Below, piece by piece: positions 60,153 to 64,000 of a DNA stretch of 64,000 nt (positions are counted from its first letter, which is position 1; the number at the start of each line of letters is the position of its first letter). Under the pieces are notes generated by a model that saw only the letters and a list, made by a program, of their open reading frames with translations, was not told where the DNA came from and searched no databases. A program made the position numbers and the translations under genes. The stretch is from an uncultured delta proteobacterium (GTDB lineage: Bacteria; Desulfobacterota; Syntrophia; Syntrophales; UBA2185). Where the stretch lies: positions 224,001 through 288,000 of the forward strand of contig CAVOID010000011.1 of assembly GCA_963695875.1 (NCBI GenBank), in the 5' to 3' direction.

Positions 60153-61049
60153 ATGCGACTTCGAAAGACAGGAAGGATTGAGGATCGTCTCTGGTACCTG
60201 GGGCGTGAAGAATCCGGGGTTTATATCCTCGAGGGACGAGACACTGCAATCTTGATCAACGGTGGAATGAGCTACATACTCGCCGATGTACTTCAACAGA
60301 TGAAGACGTTTGGGATCGATATGGAAAAGATCGGAAAGATCCTGATCCTTCATTCGCACTTCGATCATGTGGGTATTGTCCCATATTTCAAACGGACGTA
60401 TCCCAAGATAGAGATATATGCATCAGGGCCGGCATGGAAGATCTTCGCCATGCCCAAGGCCATCGAGGTCATGAACAACTACAGCAGGCTCAGCGCACAA
60501 CAGGTTGGGGATGAAAATGTTCTCAAGACCTACGATCTCACTTGGCGCGATGATATTACAGGTACAACCCTTGCCGAAGGAGATAAGATAGAACTTGGCG
60601 GTGTCGCCCTTTCTATTTATGATACCCCCGGCCACTCCAACTGTTCCATTACCGCCTACGAGCGCGACATGAAAGTTATGTTTGCATCCGATGCCGTAGG
60701 GGTTCCTTACAGGAACGCATGCTTCCCCTCGATGAATACGAATATCACGCAATTTCTCGAAAGCCTGGAGAAGCTGAGGCCTTTGCCGGTTTCCTGCCTC
60801 TGTGCAGACCACTATGGATATATTACCGGGGAGGAGGCGGCGCGCTTCACTGAACTGACCATCGAGGAAGGCCGCAAATGGAGGGTCATGATGGAGGATT
60901 TATATCACCGGCATGGCGGAGACATCGACCTTGCAGGAAAGGCCATCACGGACTATCTATTTCAAAAGATGCCTGATTATTTTGTCGCAAGAGACATTAT
61001 GGAGGGGGTCTTCAGGCAGATGTTAAAGTTCATCTCTAAAAATCAGTAG
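60153..61049 (+). CDS. Metallo-beta-lactamase-fold hydrolase
   Basis: HSHFDH, TPGHS, ASDA and ADHYG motifs. Confidence 0.9.
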   Translation: MRLRKTGRIEDRLWYLGREESGVYILEGRDTAILINGGMSYILADVLQQMKTFGIDMEKIGKILILHSHFDHVGIVPYFKRTYPKIEIYASGPAWKIFAMPKAIEVMNNYSRLSAQQVGDENVLKTYDLTWRDDITGTTLAEGDKIELGGVALSIYDTPGHSNCSITAYERDMKVMFASDAVGVPYRNACFPSMNTNITQFLESLEKLRPLPVSCLCADHYGYITGEEAARFTELTIEEGRKWRVMMEDLYHRHGGDIDLAGKAITDYLFQKMPDYFVARDIMEGVFRQMLKFISKNQ

Positions 61050-61208
61050 AAAGGAATATCAAATTAATACTTCCTGGAATGTTATTTTTTTTAAGTCAGT
61101 GCGCACATGCAACATTTCACATAGCCATCTATAACATATCTTATGGGTTTTTTAGGTTTGGTATATTAGTATATAAGAAGACAATCGTTTATTAAAAAAA
61201 GGGCGGAC

Positions 61209-62021
61209 ATGTCGATGAAACATACTTTTATGCAAATTATCCTGATCTTTTTTCTGTTTGTATTATTCATTCCCAATTCATCCTTGGCGGTTGATGAAAA
61301 AGTCCTTACCAGCCCCACCATTGGAGCAAAATTCGTCTTAATCCCTGCGGGGACGTTCGCGATGGGCTCTCCCCCCGATGAGCCGGGGCGGGGCAGTGAT
61401 GAAACCCTGCACCAGGTAACAATCAGCAAACCCTTTTACATACAGACCACTTTGGTGACCCAGGGACAGTGGAAAAAGGTCAAAGGGAGTAATCCATCTA
61501 CCTTTAATAAATGCGGCGATGACTGTCCGGTGGAGAGCGTTTCCTGGGATGATGTCCAGGACTTCATCAAGAAGCTTAACCAGCAGGAAGGTACTAATAA
61601 GTACAGGCTTCCCACGGAGGCGGAGTGGGAGTATGCAGCACGGGCGGGAACAACGACGCCTTATTATACGGGCAAGTGTCTTTCGACAGATCAGGCTAAC
61701 TACGATGGAAATTATACCCTTTCAGGCTGCCCAACAGGGAAATATCGAAAAAAGACGGTTCGGGTGGGAAGCTTTGCCGCCAATGCCTGGGGTCTCTACG
61801 ATATGCATGGGAACGTCTTCGAATGGTGTCAGGACTGGTACGGAGATTATCCATCGGGGCAAGTGACTGATCCCGTGGGCCCTTCAATAGGCTCGGGCCG
61901 GGTACTCCGGGGGTGCTACTGGAGCTGCCAAGCGAGGTACTGTCGTTCGGCGTATCGCGATACCATCACCCCTGACAGCAGGAAAGATATTGTCGGGTTT
62001 CGCCTCGTCAGGACCCCGTGA
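61209..62021 (+). CDS. Secreted formylglycine-generating-enzyme (FGE-sulfatase) domain protein
   Basis: IPAGTFAMGS, RLPTEAEWEYAAR, NAWGLYDMHGNVFEW and GFRL motifs. Confidence 0.93.
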   Translation: MSMKHTFMQIILIFFLFVLFIPNSSLAVDEKVLTSPTIGAKFVLIPAGTFAMGSPPDEPGRGSDETLHQVTISKPFYIQTTLVTQGQWKKVKGSNPSTFNKCGDDCPVESVSWDDVQDFIKKLNQQEGTNKYRLPTEAEWEYAARAGTTTPYYTGKCLSTDQANYDGNYTLSGCPTGKYRKKTVRVGSFAANAWGLYDMHGNVFEWCQDWYGDYPSGQVTDPVGPSIGSGRVLRGCYWSCQARYCRSAYRDTITPDSRKDIVGFRLVRTP

Positions 62022-62571
62022 AATAATTCTAAATCTCCATATAAATTCTTGACGATTTGATAATTTATGATGATAAGGCGGAGTACTTATTGGTTCAAGG
62101 TGTGGGATCATATGATTTTTGTAAAGAATAATTGCACACCTGATAGATGACAATCGGTTACAGCAGTTTGCTTTGTAACTGCTGGCCCTTCACCGTTGCC
62201 GATCAATCATTCCATACAAAGGGACGTATTCCCTTATTTGATCGATTCATTTATTGCCATGTGAAAACGTGCAAATCTTGAAGATTTGTTTTCTCTGCTA
62301 AAAGGACGCACTCATCCTTCCTGTTAGAGAGATTTCTCAAGTCTTCCTGTAGACGCAACATTTCTTCAGGAAATCAACAGATATTATCAGTTTTCAAATC
62401 ATATACTTTTTTTCTGTAAGTTATGCCGATTCCATATAAATAATGTCCGTTTATCAATATGCTGAATTATTAAGTTGTTTCCCATGCTTTCATTTCGCTT
62501 GACATAGATATTTGTTTGATATTTCATAGGATATAAAAATAACTATTGGAGCATAAGAATAAAGGACCAAC

Positions 62572-64000
62572 ATGAAAATTGCAGATTTCATGACACTGCT
62601 CGGCAAACAACTAGAAGAGTTGATGAAGCAGTATCCGGGGCAACTCAATACACCTGAAAGGGCCTTCATCGCCTGGACACTCATGCGTATTGGAACGGAC
62701 GACATTACACCAGACGAAGCTGTTGATGCCATCGTCGACGGGGGACAAGAAAAGGGTATCGATGCCATCTACGTTCCGGATCGTGCGGGGCGGATCATCA
62801 TCCTTCAGACAAAATACCACAAGAACCCGGAGAAACATGGCATAAAAAAGAACGACCTCGTCAAGCTCTTCGCCGGCGTAGACTGGCTCTTGCGTGGAGA
62901 TTTGTCGAAGATCACTGGCAATCCGGAGTTCACAGCGAAGGCCGAAGAGTTCCGTGATGCCTATGTCAACTTTGATTACAGCGAAATTTTTGTTGTATTG
63001 GCGGCGACGTCAGCAAAGGGCCCGGGTAAGGAGGAAAGAGACGAGATTGATCATGAACTCGTTAAATTACGCGATACCGGGGCCGCATTTGATATCAAGA
63101 CACTCACGGCCGATCATCTTCACGACGCACTCATCAGTGCCGTGCACGATAGATATCAGTTGGCAATCGAAATCAGCTTCGCAGGAAAACCGTTTCAGTA
63201 TGAGCGCGCCAAAGGTGGGGCAAGGGCGCTAGTCGGGGCGGTCAAAGGTTCAGAACTCTCCAACCTGTTTCGCAAACGCAGCTTTCGGATTTTCGACGCC
63301 AACATCCGCAACTACCTCGGACTAGGAAAAATCAACCAGACCATTCAGCGCACGGCCACCGACAAGAATGACGCCTCGAACTTCTGGTTTTACAACAACG
63401 GCGTTACCTTCGTATGTGACGAGTATTTCTTTCGTAGCCTAGAAGATACCGTCGTTAAGATGCGAAATGCTCAGATTATCAATGGTTGCCAAACTGTCAT
63501 GAGCCTTTATAACGCGGGTAGGGATCTGAGAGATGATGTTGAAGTTCTTGTGAGGGTCATTGAGAAGGAGCAGGATCTTGACTTCTTTCGGCGGATTACG
63601 CTCTTCGCGAATTCTCAAAATGCTGTACGCGCTGCTGACTTGGTCGGAACAGACACATTGCAGCTGGAGTTGAAAAGGGTACTGCTGAAACAAGGCATCT
63701 ATTATGAAACACGCAGAGGTGACTATAAGGCCGAGAAGGACTCTCTTTCGCCAATGCCACGCGAAGTCATGACGATGAAAAGAGCATCCCAGGCAATCGC
63801 GACCGTATTCTTACAGAAGCCTGGCATAGCCAAAAAAGACACTTCTCGTCTTTTTCTGGGAAGCACGGATGGTGGTCTCTATGACAGTCTGTTTACAGCG
63901 TCTACGATCCCTGAGCAGATTATCGCTGCATACAGAACCATGGATGCGATTGAAGCTGAGAGAAAACGGCGAGAAGCTGAAGCATTTGCGGCAGGAAGGC
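62572..64000 (+). CDS. AIPR-family protein, 3' end off the window; not in the ORF track
   Basis: Open frame from ATG 62572 to the edge: DGGQEKGIDAIY...ILQTKY, then IFDANIRNYLG, FWFYNNGVTFVC, QIINGCQT and NSQNAV. Confidence 0.9.
   Translation, partial: MKIADFMTLLGKQLEELMKQYPGQLNTPERAFIAWTLMRIGTDDITPDEAVDAIVDGGQEKGIDAIYVPDRAGRIIILQTKYHKNPEKHGIKKNDLVKLFAGVDWLLRGDLSKITGNPEFTAKAEEFRDAYVNFDYSEIFVVLAATSAKGPGKEERDEIDHELVKLRDTGAAFDIKTLTADHLHDALISAVHDRYQLAIEISFAGKPFQYERAKGGARALVGAVKGSELSNLFRKRSFRIFDANIRNYLGLGKINQTIQRTATDKNDASNFWFYNNGVTFVCDEYFFRSLEDTVVKMRNAQIINGCQTVMSLYNAGRDLRDDVEVLVRVIEKEQDLDFFRRITLFANSQNAVRAADLVGTDTLQLELKRVLLKQGIYYETRRGDYKAEKDSLSPMPREVMTMKRASQAIATVFLQKPGIAKKDTSRLFLGSTDGGLYDSLFTASTIPEQIIAAYRTMDAIEAERKRREAEAFAAGR

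Noticed and set aside
62490..63693. Short ORFs listed in the track at the right end
   Set aside because: All overlap the long AIPR frame starting at 62572

Overview
Bacterial DNA that by gene content looks like an anaerobic deltaproteobacterium (Syntrophales/Desulfobacterota-like; inferred, not proven). From left to right: (1) an almost complete IS110-family, IS1111-type element (1..~1671) whose ~540-nt non-coding region appears to hold two parallel target-binding loops plus a donor loop; (2) a cluster of stand-alone sensor domains (3 cNMP-fold proteins, dodecin, 2 signal-less Cache proteins); (3) a polyhydroxyalkanoate locus (phaR, two phasin-like genes, a divergent PhaC-like hydrolase, phaE, class III phaC, a GAF-GAF protein, phaJ/maoC); (4) a group II intron 3' remnant and an IS3 element, then a mosaic of small orphan genes and gene fragments; (5) envelope and housekeeping genes; (6) signalling modules (TetR-VKOR, SH3-M48-CHASE2 cyclase, RHH-PilZ, J-domain with MshEN-like repeats, diguanylate cyclase); (7) an SCP2/Fe-ADH/AOR operon, transporters and a short S1; (8) an AIPR-family gene that runs off the right edge and is missing from the ORF track. 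Five +1 frameshifts in otherwise intact genes suggest sequencing indels. I saw no rRNA, tRNA or CRISPR array. All calls come from reading the sequence; no searches were run.
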